A stretch of 61,503 nt of DNA, filler included, from a candidate division TA06 bacterium SM23_40 (GTDB lineage: Bacteria; LJUI01; SM1-40): the NCBI GenBank assembly GCA_001303705.1. It is 5 parts of 5 records of this genome, joined end to end, with 100 filler letters (N's around TTAATTAATTAA, not from the genome) between each part and the next. Parts side by side here need not be neighbours in the genome. Positions count along the whole stretch, not along the records: positions 10,745 to 25,021 come from LJUI01000084.1; 4 more parts are not named here. One strand, written 5' to 3'. Below are positions 10,745-19,957 of the stretch, piece after piece. The notes beneath the pieces were generated by a model. That model did not search any database and had not been told where the DNA came from. It worked only from the letters and a program-made list of their open reading frames with translations. Positions within the stretch are counted from its first letter, which is position 1; each line of letters opens with the position of its first letter. The position numbers were made by a program, and so were the translations under genes.

Positions 10745-10924
10745 GCCATCATGGGACCTGATCAGTACACCCTCCCGGCCGAGACGACAGTGCAACGGCA
10801 CCTGACTCACACCGTGCCTCCGGCCGCGCCGCTCGGGCTGTACGGGTATCGTTCCCGGATCGGAGTGCCCCCGTCCACGCTCTATGACGAGGACAGCTTC
10901 GCGCTCACAATGGTGGCGCCGTAG
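10745..10924 (+). CDS. 3' end of a gene: Ig-like C-terminal domain of a probable exported protein
   Basis: Open from the contig start: GPDQYTLPAETTVQRHLTHTVPPAAPLGLYGYRSRIGVPPSTLYDEDSFALTMVAP-stop; not in the ORF track. Confidence 0.6.
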   Translation, partial: AIMGPDQYTLPAETTVQRHLTHTVPPAAPLGLYGYRSRIGVPPSTLYDEDSFALTMVAP

Positions 10925-11206
10925 CGGAGTACAGGAAATCTCGGCTGTGGGAGGATCACGAGAGCGACCGTCCGAGGCACACGAGAGCGGTGGAAATGTA
11001 CCTGCCCGCCCCTGTCCGCAGGGGCGGGCGTCCTTTCGGGACGAGGCCCGAGTGATAGGGCGATCTGACCGCAGCCGTGACAAGGTGGACCGGCCGCGGG
11101 AAACGAAGCGCCGACCATAACAAGTGACGAGCGCCTCACGTGAGGCGCTCGTATCTCTCCGGGTGATCTCTCACTGGGTGATCGCTTCTAAGTGCGATGA
11201 TATCGT

Positions 11207-11476
11207 CTACGATTTTGCAAGTAGGTGCTGCAGCTGCTCCGTGAGTCGGTGGACTTCGCGCTGCGTCTCTTCGCTCAGCATTATCCAGAAGAGCTCCGGG
11301 GTCATCTTGCGGTCGATCGTGGAGGAGAAGACGCGAACGATGTCCCGGCGCGCCGGCTCACTGAGGTTATTCCACGCATTCAGGATGCGAAAATCGAACA
11401 GTTCCTCTTTGCGCCGTTCGAATCCGCTTCGCCTGTCATCGCCCTTCCGTCTATCCTCCATTTCCTCGCTACCCAT
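11207..11476 (-). CDS. Small hypothetical protein, paralog A of a tandem [DE]RR-motif family
   Basis: EDRRKGDDRRSGFERR plus two WxxLSxxxxx[ED][IV] helices shared with the two neighbours. Confidence 0.8.
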   Translation of the reverse strand: MGSEEMEDRRKGDDRRSGFERRKEELFDFRILNAWNNLSEPARRDIVRVFSSTIDRKMTPELFWIMLSEETQREVHRLTEQLQHLLAKS

Positions 11477-11521
11477 GGCTCTGCCCTCATCGAAGTGACG
11501 CCACGTCACCACCGTCTGTGG

Positions 11522-12001
11522 CTAGGTTGTACGCGCTTTTCCCCTCTTCTTCTGTTCCGATGCGTGGGCTGCAGATTTCTGGCGGATCTCCCGCTTCGTC
11601 TCCTCGCTCAGCCTGTTCCAGAGCTTTCTGTAGGAGAGCGGCTGATCGAGGGACGACCCGAGAGCCTGGACGATGTCTTCTCGGGCCTCCTTGCTCAGAT
11701 GCTCCCACGCCGGCGGTATCTCGAATTCGTGGACGGCTGATCTCCTCCGCTCGAAGCCCTTGCGGCGATCTGCTCCCTTCCTCCGCTCGGTTCCGTCCCA
11801 GATGCCAGTCGTCGATGTGACCTCGCCCGCACCCTCGGCCCCGAGAGAAGCCGCGAGCAGGCCTTCCGCATAGTCGCCGAGGGAGGTGCGGATCGCCCGA
11901 AGCTCGGCCACGATCGCATCCAACTGGAGATCCATCTGGGTGAGCATCTCGTAGATGGAGCGCAGCTGATTGACGGTCTCAGGAGGAGCCTCGATCGTCA
12001 T
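11522..12001 (-). CDS. Hypothetical protein, paralog B (N-terminal coiled coil plus [DE]RR-motif domain)
   Basis: WDGTERRKGADRRKGFERR..WEHLSKEAREDI..WNRLSEETKREI. Confidence 0.85.
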   Translation of the reverse strand: MTIEAPPETVNQLRSIYEMLTQMDLQLDAIVAELRAIRTSLGDYAEGLLAASLGAEGAGEVTSTTGIWDGTERRKGADRRKGFERRRSAVHEFEIPPAWEHLSKEAREDIVQALGSSLDQPLSYRKLWNRLSEETKREIRQKSAAHASEQKKRGKARTT

Positions 12002-12088
12002 GGTCGGTCATTCCCCGGAAGCGGTAGATTACAGCGGTCTCATCTGCCGAACAACACCGAGAGAGGGCCTGTACGGCGACTCGAGTAC

Positions 12089-12117
12089 AAACTAACCTCC
12101 GGCGGTTGCAGTGTCAA
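12089..12117 (-). promoter_or_regulatory. Sigma-70-type promoter upstream of paralog B
   Basis: TTGACA-17 nt-TAGTTT on the minus strand. Confidence 0.5.
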
Positions 12118-12183
12118 GAGGGGGAGGGTGAAACATCATGCGCAGGCCGCCGTGAAGGCGTCTTCCATCTGCGAGTCCGTGTT

Positions 12184-12474
12184 TCAGTCACCCGTTCTCC
12201 CGCCGGCAGGAGTGATCTCCTCGATCTCGTTCTTTGTCTCCTGGCTCAGCATGGCCCAGAGCAGGTCCCGAGGCAGTGGTCTGCTGATGAACGAGGTGAG
12301 AACCCGTGCGATCTCCTCTCGTGCCCGCTCGCTCAGGAAATCCCAGTGTCTCAGGATCTGGAACTGCTCTACCGCCCCAGCGCGCCGATCAAGACCCGAC
12401 CGTCGTTCCTCCCCCGTTCGCCGATCCATCCCGTCCCACGTTCTCGGTGCTTCCTTCAGCTCTTTCTCCGCCAT
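12184..12474 (-). CDS. Small hypothetical protein, paralog C
   Basis: AGGAGG RBS; WDGMDRRTGEERRSGLDRR..WDFLSERAREEI..WAMLSQETKNEI. Confidence 0.85.
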   Translation of the reverse strand: MAEKELKEAPRTWDGMDRRTGEERRSGLDRRAGAVEQFQILRHWDFLSERAREEIARVLTSFISRPLPRDLLWAMLSQETKNEIEEITPAGGRTGD

Positions 12475-12840
12475 CGGTTGTCCTCCTGTATGAAGCCCTC
12501 CTCCGCCGGGAGAGAGACGGCCCTCGGGGGAGAACGTCGCGCCGCGCCAGAGAGGGGAGCCAGAACCAGCGTCTACCGCAGGCACAAAGACGTGAGCCAT
12601 CCTGCTCGGGCCCGACGCCTCGCCACCCATGAGCTGCCCGGCACTCGGGCGATCTCCAGCGAACCCCCTGAAAAGGGGAAATTCGCGGAAGCAACAGCAT
12701 ATTCGGCTGGGCTCCCCGCTCTGCCGCGATCATGAACCTCGCCGAGCGTCAGTAAGTGGCAGTACCCCCCAGCCCTGGCCGAAGGGCAGGGAATCCGTAT
12801 CGCAATCGGAATCGGTGAGATAGGATTTCGATCCTGTTTA

Positions 12841-12869
12841 ACTATAGTGTGCTCTCCGCCCACTGTCAA
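12841..12869 (-). promoter_or_regulatory. Near-consensus sigma-70 promoter about 360 nt upstream of paralog C
   Basis: TTGACA-17 nt-TATAGT on the minus strand. Confidence 0.7.
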
Positions 12870-13149
12870 GGGGCAGGGATGCGCGATTGGGGCGTACGAC
12901 CGGGGGCCCACCTCGGCGCTGTGTGCGATTCGGTGGAAATCACTTGACGCCCGGCCACGAGTTCGCTTAGGATCGCAGATAACCTAACCAGAGCGTCTGT
13001 GTGATGAGAGATCGTCGGTTCTCTGTCGTACCCCGGGCCTGGTCAACGCGGACCGCGTGAATGGGAGGCTCAGCCCAGGGCCGAGCATGTCATCCTGATT
13101 GCGTGACCGCCGGATCCGGCATGGTCACGAGACATGGAGGTTTCGAGAG

Positions 13150-14868
13150 GTGAGAACGATATTTCGAGTGCTCTTGGCCGTCGGGATTTCGTTGAACTGT
13201 ATCGGTGCTGCCTGGGGCGCGCCCGCTCTGTATGGGACGAAGGGCCTGCTGCGTGTGCAGTCCGCTGATTCGGAGGGGAAAGGCATACTCTCGGTCAACC
13301 TGCACGGTCAGTTCTCGCAGGAAGACGTTGAGGCGGTGCCCGGGCAATCCGAGACGGCGCGCGATGTGTACGGGCACCTCGGGGTGACGTATGCCCCGGT
13401 ATCGAACGTGGAGCTGGCCTTATCCGGTCTCGGCCGCCACAGCGCTATCGGTGAGTCGAGCAACAGCGGAATCGGAGACACCCAGCTGGGGGTCAAGCTG
13501 AGTTTCCCGGTGGTCGACATGCTTTCTCTGGGCGCGGGCGGCTTTGCTGTACTCTCCACAGGAGATAAGCCATTTACGAATGAAGAGCCTATCTTCGGTG
13601 GTCGCGGTATTGCCACGATCGACATGCAGCCTGTCGAGGGGGCGCCTCCGTTCAAGTTGCACCTCAACGGCGGGTATATGGTGAACCAGCGTGAGTATGA
13701 TGGGGAGACGGTCGATACCGACGACTTCGTCCTGATCGGCTGCGGACTCGAACTCCCGTCGGACCTATTTACGCCGTTCGTCGAGTATACTGCAGAGTAT
13801 GCGCCCGCGAACGATTCCTTTGCCTTCGCCGAGCAGCCGATGCGGGTCACGCTCGGTGTGCGGTTTGCGACTCCGGTTCATCTCAACGCTGACCTCGGGA
13901 TCGATCTCGGGGTATCGCGGGAGCGCGAGGATGGAACGAAGGCCGTTCCGAACTGGAATCTCGTCTTCGGGCTGGGCTGGTCAGTACCGGTGACGAAGGC
14001 TGCGGCTCGGCCACCGGTGGGCGGCATCGTCGGGGCGGTGACTGATGCGGAGACTGGCAGTCCCCTCGCCGCGGTCATCGACTTTCCCGGGACTGAACTG
14101 GCTTCGACCGCAACGGAGACCCAAACGGGCAAGTACGAGGCGTCGAGAATCCCGGCAGGCGTTGTGACGATCGAAGTCACGGCGGAAGGGTACCGGCGTC
14201 TGGTGGCACCTGTTGTCGTCCGTCGCGGCGAGATAACAGTCAGAGAATTCGCGCTCGAGCCGGCGGTCGTGGAGGGGCTATTGACTGGTATGGTGACGGA
14301 GAGTGAGACCAGCCGGCCTCTCGGCGCCACCATCGCTTTCCCTGGTACCGACATCGGTAGCGTGGAAGTTGACCCTCGGACAGGGGTCTACGGGCTCTCG
14401 TTACCCCCGGGGACGTACACGGCCGAGGCCGCGCTCGAAGGATATGTTGCTCGATCTCAGACAGTGGTGATCGAGGATGACGAAACGACGGTCGCCGACT
14501 TCGTGCTGATCGAGGAGGGGACCCGCATCACTCTGCGCCAGGTCTATTTCGAGAGCGGGCGCGCAACGATCCGTCCCGACTCTCATCCCGAACTCGCCGC
14601 GGCCGCCGAATTCCTCCTTTCGAATCCCGATCTGGTGGTAGAGATACACGGCCACACAGACAGCCAGGGAGATGCGGCTACCAATCTGCGCCTCTCGCTA
14701 GCCCGTGCAAACGCCGTGCGCGACTATCTTGTCGAGACTCTCGGGGTCAATGCCTCTCAGCTTGTGGCAAAGGGCTTTGGCGAGGAGTTTCCCACAGCAG
14801 ACAATGCTACCGCGGAAGGGAGGGCGCAGAACAGAAGGATCGAGTTCGTGATCGTCGGCGACCGGTGA
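13150..14868 (+). CDS. OmpA-family outer membrane protein (beta-barrel, two carboxypeptidase-regulatory-like domains, OmpA C-terminal domain)
   Basis: Signal peptide; [12 protein letters not shown]-type repeats; [37 protein letters not shown]. Confidence 0.92.
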   Translation: MRTIFRVLLAVGISLNCIGAAWGAPALYGTKGLLRVQSADSEGKGILSVNLHGQFSQEDVEAVPGQSETARDVYGHLGVTYAPVSNVELALSGLGRHSAIGESSNSGIGDTQLGVKLSFPVVDMLSLGAGGFAVLSTGDKPFTNEEPIFGGRGIATIDMQPVEGAPPFKLHLNGGYMVNQREYDGETVDTDDFVLIGCGLELPSDLFTPFVEYTAEYAPANDSFAFAEQPMRVTLGVRFATPVHLNADLGIDLGVSREREDGTKAVPNWNLVFGLGWSVPVTKAAARPPVGGIVGAVTDAETGSPLAAVIDFPGTELASTATETQTGKYEASRIPAGVVTIEVTAEGYRRLVAPVVVRRGEITVREFALEPAVVEGLLTGMVTESETSRPLGATIAFPGTDIGSVEVDPRTGVYGLSLPPGTYTAEAALEGYVARSQTVVIEDDETTVADFVLIEEGTRITLRQVYFESGRATIRPDSHPELAAAAEFLLSNPDLVVEIHGHTDSQGDAATNLRLSLARANAVRDYLVETLGVNASQLVAKGFGEEFPTADNATAEGRAQNRRIEFVIVGDR

Positions 14869-14900
14869 GGCATCCCTGTTCACTCGCAGGAGAACGAAAG

Positions 14901-14954
14901 GGCGGGAGGTGCGCCGGCGGGAGGTGCGCCGGCGGGAGGTGCGCCGCCGGGAGG
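14901..14954 (+). repeat. 3.5 x 15-bp tandem repeat GGCGGGAGGTGCGCC
   Basis: Units at 14901, 14916, 14931 and a partial unit at 14946; each contains GGGAGG. Confidence 0.85.
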
Positions 14955-14962
14955 CTCGACAG

Positions 14963-15355
14963 ATGAGACAGTTGCCGCGCCTGGCAGTGGATCTAATCAT
15001 CGAAATCGACGAAGGCGTAGTGCTCATCGAGCGGAAGAATCCGCCGCACGGGTGGGCTCTGCCCGGCGGTTTCGTCGAATACGGAGAGACGCTCGAGGAG
15101 GCAGCGAGGAGGGAGGGCAAGGAAGAAACCTCTCTCGACATCGAGCTGCTGCGCCAGTTTCATGCCTACTCCACCCCGGACCGGGATCCACGGTTTCACT
15201 GCGTGTCGGTTGTCTTCCTGGCGAAGGGTGAAGGTGAACCGGTGGGGAAGGATGACGCCCTGGCGGCGAGAGTCTTCCGGCGGGAGGGACTCCCGGGCAG
15301 GATAGCGTTCGACCATCGAACGATTCTCGATGACTATTTCGCGGGCAGATACTAG
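14963..15355 (+). CDS. NUDIX hydrolase (ADP-ribose pyrophosphatase-like)
   Basis: [28 protein letters not shown] Nudix box; RDPR. Confidence 0.92.
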   Translation: MRQLPRLAVDLIIEIDEGVVLIERKNPPHGWALPGGFVEYGETLEEAARREGKEETSLDIELLRQFHAYSTPDRDPRFHCVSVVFLAKGEGEPVGKDDALAARVFRREGLPGRIAFDHRTILDDYFAGRY

Positions 15356-15378
15356 GCGGCCTCGGGAGTTCCCGTCAT

Positions 15379-16194
15379 CTATTGCTCTCCCGGCGTGCTC
15401 TTTCGGCGCTGCTCCTCACCTTTGATGAGGTTCCAGAGTTGCTCCATCTCCTCGAGGGTGGCAGCTTCTGCGCTCGATCCCCGCTCTCTCAGAGACTCCT
15501 CGATCTGCTTAAAGCGCGCGATGAACTTGTCGGTGCTGCGTTTCAACGCATCTTCAGGATTGACGTTGAGGAGCCGGGCGAGGTTGACGATCGCGAACAG
15601 GAGGTCGCCGAGCTCTTCCCGGATAGCGATCCCCTCATTGCCCCGGCGCGCCGCCGACAGTTCCTGGAGTTCTTCCTCGACCTTCCTCATAACGTCTTGG
15701 GGGTCGTTCCAGTCGAAACCCACTCGCGATACCTTGTCCTGAATTCTGTGGGCTCGCAGCAGCGCTGACAGACCCTTCGGCACTCCATCGAGGAGAGATC
15801 CCGCCCGACCGTCGGGCGATTCCTGCCGTTTGATCTGCTCCCAATTGACCAGGACCTCGCGGGGCCCGGAGACGCGTTCTGCGCCGAAGACGTGCGGATG
15901 ACGCCGCCTCATCTTCTTCAAGTTGTCCCGCAGCACGTCGTCGATCGTGAATCGTCCCTCTTCCTTGGCGATCTGGGCGTGGAACAGTACCTGGAATAGA
16001 ACGTCGCCGAGCTCGTCCTTCAGGCGTTCGTCGCTCCCTTCCTCCAGTGCCTCGATGACCTCGTGAGCTTCCTCGAGGAGGTAGGGCTTGAGGGTCTCGT
16101 GAGTCTGCTCTCTGTCCCACGGACAACCGGTCTCGCCGCGCAGGCGGTCGACAAGATCCACCAGCTGCGAGAAGACGTCGTTCGTTCCACCCAT
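15379..16194 (-). CDS. mazG: Nucleoside triphosphate pyrophosphohydrolase MazG
   Basis: GCPWDREQTHETLKPYLLEEAHE, ELGDVL, RRHPHVF, VGFDW, EELGDLLF. Confidence 0.96.
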   Translation of the reverse strand: MGGTNDVFSQLVDLVDRLRGETGCPWDREQTHETLKPYLLEEAHEVIEALEEGSDERLKDELGDVLFQVLFHAQIAKEEGRFTIDDVLRDNLKKMRRRHPHVFGAERVSGPREVLVNWEQIKRQESPDGRAGSLLDGVPKGLSALLRAHRIQDKVSRVGFDWNDPQDVMRKVEEELQELSAARRGNEGIAIREELGDLLFAIVNLARLLNVNPEDALKRSTDKFIARFKQIEESLRERGSSAEAATLEEMEQLWNLIKGEEQRRKSTPGEQ

Positions 16195-16510
16195 GTCTGT
16201 AATCCGCTCCTCCCAGTTCGATCTGTTACAGTGTGTCGAGGAAACGATCGGGGGAGCACTGCGCTCGATGGTGCCGGCGTCTCCTTTCGGAAAGGGGTAT
16301 TGCGCGAATCAACGAATATCTTACTATAAAAGAGAAGGGGCTGGGAGTGCAACAAGAAAGAACGGGTAATCCGCGGAGCCGGGCTGCACGGGGTGAGAAA
16401 AAAAATCTTGCGTTTTAAGGGGGGATATGGTACAAACCCACCAACTGTGCGCTCATCTCGTGAACCCCTTCAGTTGCAAGAAGTTCGTTCAAACGGGAGT
16501 ACCGATTCCA

Positions 16511-17704
16511 ATGACGATGGATCTCGGACGGACCTGGGGCGAGATAGACCTGGATGCGCTGGCGGCGAACTTCCGCGACATTCGACAGCTCATTCCTGGA
16601 GAGACGAAGATCATGGTGCCGGTCAAAGCTGATGCGTACGGCCATGGTGTGGGCGAGGTCGCCAGAACGCTCGTCGACGAAGGCGCAGACATGTTCGGCG
16701 TCGCCAGCCTGGACGAGGCACTCGAGCTGAGGGCCGAAGGCATCTTTCTCCCGATCCTCATTCTCAGTCCAGCAGGGTTCGGCGAGGTGACCGAGATCAT
16801 AGAGAACGCGCTGGCGTGTACGGTGACGAATGTACCTTTTGCCGACCGACTCTCCCGCGCTGCGGTCGCGTCACAGAGGGTGGCGAGCGTGCATATCGAG
16901 ATAGATACGGGGATGGGGAGGAGCGGGGTACTCCCCGAGGATGCCGTCGCATTTGTGAAGCAGATAAACGATCTGGCGGGGCTCCGCATCGAGGGGATTT
17001 TCACGCACTTCTCCAATGCGGAGGATGCCGACAAAAGCTTTGCACACGACCAACTCGAGCGGTTCTACCGTGTCCTGGGAGAGCTGCGTGAAACTGGATA
17101 CAATGTGGGAATCTGTCACGCCGCCAATAGTGCAGCGCTCATCGACCTGCCTCCCTCGATATTCGATATGGTTCGTCCGGGCCTCATCCTCTATGGACTC
17201 TATCCATCGACCAGCGTCGCTCGCCGCATCGAGGCGAGGAGAGTCATGAGTCTGAAGACGAGGGTCGTCCACGTCCAGCACCTCCCTGTCGGTGCATCTG
17301 TCAGCTATGGAAGGACCTATCGAGTCGCACGCCCCTCCACGATAGCCACTATCTCCGTCGGCTATGGCGACGGTTACGACCGCGCATTCTCGAATGTGGG
17401 GCGGGTTCTCGTGCGCGGGAAGAGCGCGCCCATCGTAGGTACCATCTGCATGGATCTGACGATGGTCGATGTGACGGAGATCCCGGGTGTCTCTGTCGAC
17501 GATGAGGTCGTGCTCCTCGGCACAGACGGGAATGAGGAGATCACAGCCGATGAACTGGCCCGGCTGAGTGGGACGATCAGTTACGAGATCATTGCCCGGA
17601 TCGGCCCGCGAGTGCCGAGAGTCTATATGCGCAATGGTGAACCATTCAAGGTTCGTACTCTCCTTGGCGAACGGCTTGTCAGGGAGTGGGGGGCTGGCGC
17701 ATGA
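16511..17704 (+). CDS. alr: Alanine racemase
   Basis: VKADAYGHG PLP lysine, IDTGMGRSG, ANSAA, VRPGLILYG, SYG, GYGDG, GTICMD. Confidence 0.96.
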   Translation: MTMDLGRTWGEIDLDALAANFRDIRQLIPGETKIMVPVKADAYGHGVGEVARTLVDEGADMFGVASLDEALELRAEGIFLPILILSPAGFGEVTEIIENALACTVTNVPFADRLSRAAVASQRVASVHIEIDTGMGRSGVLPEDAVAFVKQINDLAGLRIEGIFTHFSNAEDADKSFAHDQLERFYRVLGELRETGYNVGICHAANSAALIDLPPSIFDMVRPGLILYGLYPSTSVARRIEARRVMSLKTRVVHVQHLPVGASVSYGRTYRVARPSTIATISVGYGDGYDRAFSNVGRVLVRGKSAPIVGTICMDLTMVDVTEIPGVSVDDEVVLLGTDGNEEITADELARLSGTISYEIIARIGPRVPRVYMRNGEPFKVRTLLGERLVREWGAGA

Positions 17705-18159
17705 GTGAGGGGGTCGAAGGCGGCAGGGGAGCCGATGAGAGCACGACGCCTCCCGAGGATGTTTCCTCTGAGGAGGAGCGCCGGTCTCCGACCGAGGATA
17801 GATCCGAGACCAGGGATGAGCAGAAAGAGGAGAGTGAGTCGGGAGTTACTTCCGGTGAGGAGCAGATTGAGGTCCCGCCGGCCTCGTTCATCTCATTGGT
17901 CGTGAGCTTGGCGACGTCGGCAGTAGCCCATCTCGGGTTCATGCCGGACCCGGTGTCGGGGAAGACGGTGCAGCACCTGGAAATGGCACGGCACGACATA
18001 GATCTGCTCGGCATTCTGAGGGAGAAGACAGCGGGGAATCTGGAGGCGGAGGAGGAACGGCTGTTGGAGGAGATTCTCTCCGACCTGAGACTGAAGTTTG
18101 TGCGCATTCGCGAAGAGAGGGGCTCGTCGTCGCACGGCGAGGGAGGCGGGGATGCTTGA
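17701..18159 (+). CDS. DUF1844 domain protein
   Basis: FISLVVSLATSAVAHLG..DPVSG..ARHDIDLLGILREKTAGNL..L..LRLKFV. Confidence 0.85.
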   Translation: MSEGVEGGRGADESTTPPEDVSSEEERRSPTEDRSETRDEQKEESESGVTSGEEQIEVPPASFISLVVSLATSAVAHLGFMPDPVSGKTVQHLEMARHDIDLLGILREKTAGNLEAEEERLLEEILSDLRLKFVRIREERGSSSHGEGGGDA

Positions 18160-18209
18160 ATGCCGGCGTGCTCATCCTGTCTTCCAACGCGCCGAAAGGA
18201 GAAAGGCCC

Positions 18210-19307
18210 ATGGAATGGAGAGTGCGAACCTGCGTGACGGCCATAGGACTGGGTACGGCGCTGCTCCTGGTCGGGTCGCTGTGGCCGGAGCTTGGATCGG
18301 CAGCGGAGGCTGGTGATGCAGGTCGCGTGCACGAGGTCAAGAAGGGAGACACCCTCTGGGATCTCTCGACCTCATACCTGCGCGATCCCTTTCTCTGGCC
18401 TGCTATCTGGGAGGCCAACCGAAGTCATATAGCTGATCCGCACTGGATCTACCCGGGGCAGCGGTTCCTCATTCCGCCGATGTACGTGCCGCCGGAGGCT
18501 AAGGTGCCGACCGAGGCCGAGGCGCCGCCCGAGGAACCGATCGAAGTCGAAGAGACTGCGGCGGTAGACTTCGTGACCGAGGCAGCCCCTCAGCTTGCCG
18601 TGGCGCGTGACCTCGCTCACAAGGCCGGCTTTATCACCGACGTCGAGCTCCCCGGCGGATTCATCGTCGCCTCAATACAAGACGAACGTGAGGATCTGAT
18701 CAGGCACGATGTGGTGTACATCAATCTCGGCAGCGATGACGGCACTATGGTCGGCGATTGCTTCACCGTGTACAGGCTCGACCGTAACGTACGTCATCCG
18801 AAGACCGGCAGGAATCTCGGACGGCTTGTTCGCGTTATAGGCCAGCTCTGTGTGACCGCGGTTCAGGAGCGGACATCGACCGCTATGATTATGGAGTCCT
18901 ACGACCCGCTTCGCGTGAAAGACAGGATCACGCCCTATCGAGAGATATGGATACAAGCAGACGAGAGGCCGGTCATCACGGATCTCGCAACGGAGGGCGT
19001 CCTCGTCACAACACGTGATGAGAAGGACGTGATCTGGCCGTTCGATGTCGTCTATATCGATAAGGGGTCGCATGACAGCATCGTGCCCGGAGACATATTC
19101 ACTGTCCATCAGCCGGGGGAGCAGGTACGCGATCCAGCGTCTGGAGAGACGCTGCGGCTTCCGGAGCAGATCGTCGGCAGCATACAGGTGCTCTCGGTCA
19201 ACGAAGCTACGGCTGCGGCCTATGTGGCAGCCACGAGTGAGACGCGGGAGATGAAGGTAGGGGATAGGGTGCGTCTGTACGCAAAGATGCCGCCGGCCGG
19301 TGAATAG
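18210..19307 (+). CDS. LysM peptidoglycan-binding protein (TsaP-like architecture)
   Basis: Signal peptide; HEVKKGDTLWDLS..WPAIWEAN..IADPHWIYPGQ; two VVYI[ND]xG..G..GD.F.V repeats. Confidence 0.88.
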   Translation: MEWRVRTCVTAIGLGTALLLVGSLWPELGSAAEAGDAGRVHEVKKGDTLWDLSTSYLRDPFLWPAIWEANRSHIADPHWIYPGQRFLIPPMYVPPEAKVPTEAEAPPEEPIEVEETAAVDFVTEAAPQLAVARDLAHKAGFITDVELPGGFIVASIQDEREDLIRHDVVYINLGSDDGTMVGDCFTVYRLDRNVRHPKTGRNLGRLVRVIGQLCVTAVQERTSTAMIMESYDPLRVKDRITPYREIWIQADERPVITDLATEGVLVTTRDEKDVIWPFDVVYIDKGSHDSIVPGDIFTVHQPGEQVRDPASGETLRLPEQIVGSIQVLSVNEATAAAYVAATSETREMKVGDRVRLYAKMPPAGE

Positions 19308-19408
19308 AGGGGACGACCAGTCATTGCCGGAGGAGGGGCTGTCGCGGGCCCGTCACGACGAGTTGCCGGGTCGGCGGTTCACATCATGAAATGCGGAGGG
19401 ACGGGGAG

Positions 19409-19873
19409 ATGGAAAAGCAAGAGGCACTGAGAAAGATCTACCTGTTCGAGGGGCTCACTCCAGATGAGCTCAATAAGATGATCCAGATCGGCGAAGAGAA
19501 GAAGTACAGCGGAGAAGATGTGATCATCAAAGAAGGAGACCCGGGGGACGGGTTCTACGCCGTGCTCTCGGGTGCTGTCCGGATCAGCGTCATAGTCCCG
19601 GGCGTGGGTGAGGAGGCACTTGCGATCTTGCGTGAAGGGGACTACTTCGGTGAGATGGCTCTGATCGATGACCATCCGCGATCGGCCACCGCGATCTCCC
19701 ACGGTGATTCGGTCCTGCTCAAGATCGAGAGTGAGGCGTTCAAGAAGCTTCTGTTCGAGGAACTCGGCCTCGCATACAAACTCCTCTGGGTCTTCGCGAA
19801 GACTCTCTCATCGAGGCTCAGAGAGACGGATGAGCGTCTCAAGGGGATGATGAGTCTCGCTAAGTCATTCTAG
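19409..19873 (+). CDS. Stand-alone cyclic nucleotide-binding domain protein
   Basis: IIKEGDPGDGFYAVLSGAVRI, GDYFGEMAL..PRSATA; no HTH. Confidence 0.9.
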   Translation: MEKQEALRKIYLFEGLTPDELNKMIQIGEEKKYSGEDVIIKEGDPGDGFYAVLSGAVRISVIVPGVGEEALAILREGDYFGEMALIDDHPRSATAISHGDSVLLKIESEAFKKLLFEELGLAYKLLWVFAKTLSSRLRETDERLKGMMSLAKSF

Positions 19874-19957
19874 GCTCGCAAGCTCCTTCGGATCAGTGGA
19901 GAGGCACCACCATGCGTTCTGTTGGTGGCCTTTCCTTTTGAGTGAGGTGAACAACGG

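Noticed and set aside
12475-12840. Possible tmRNA, RNase P, SRP, 6S RNA or c-di-GMP/c-di-AMP riboswitch
   Set aside because: Hallmark motifs were not found by eye; kept only as an unassigned structured leader.
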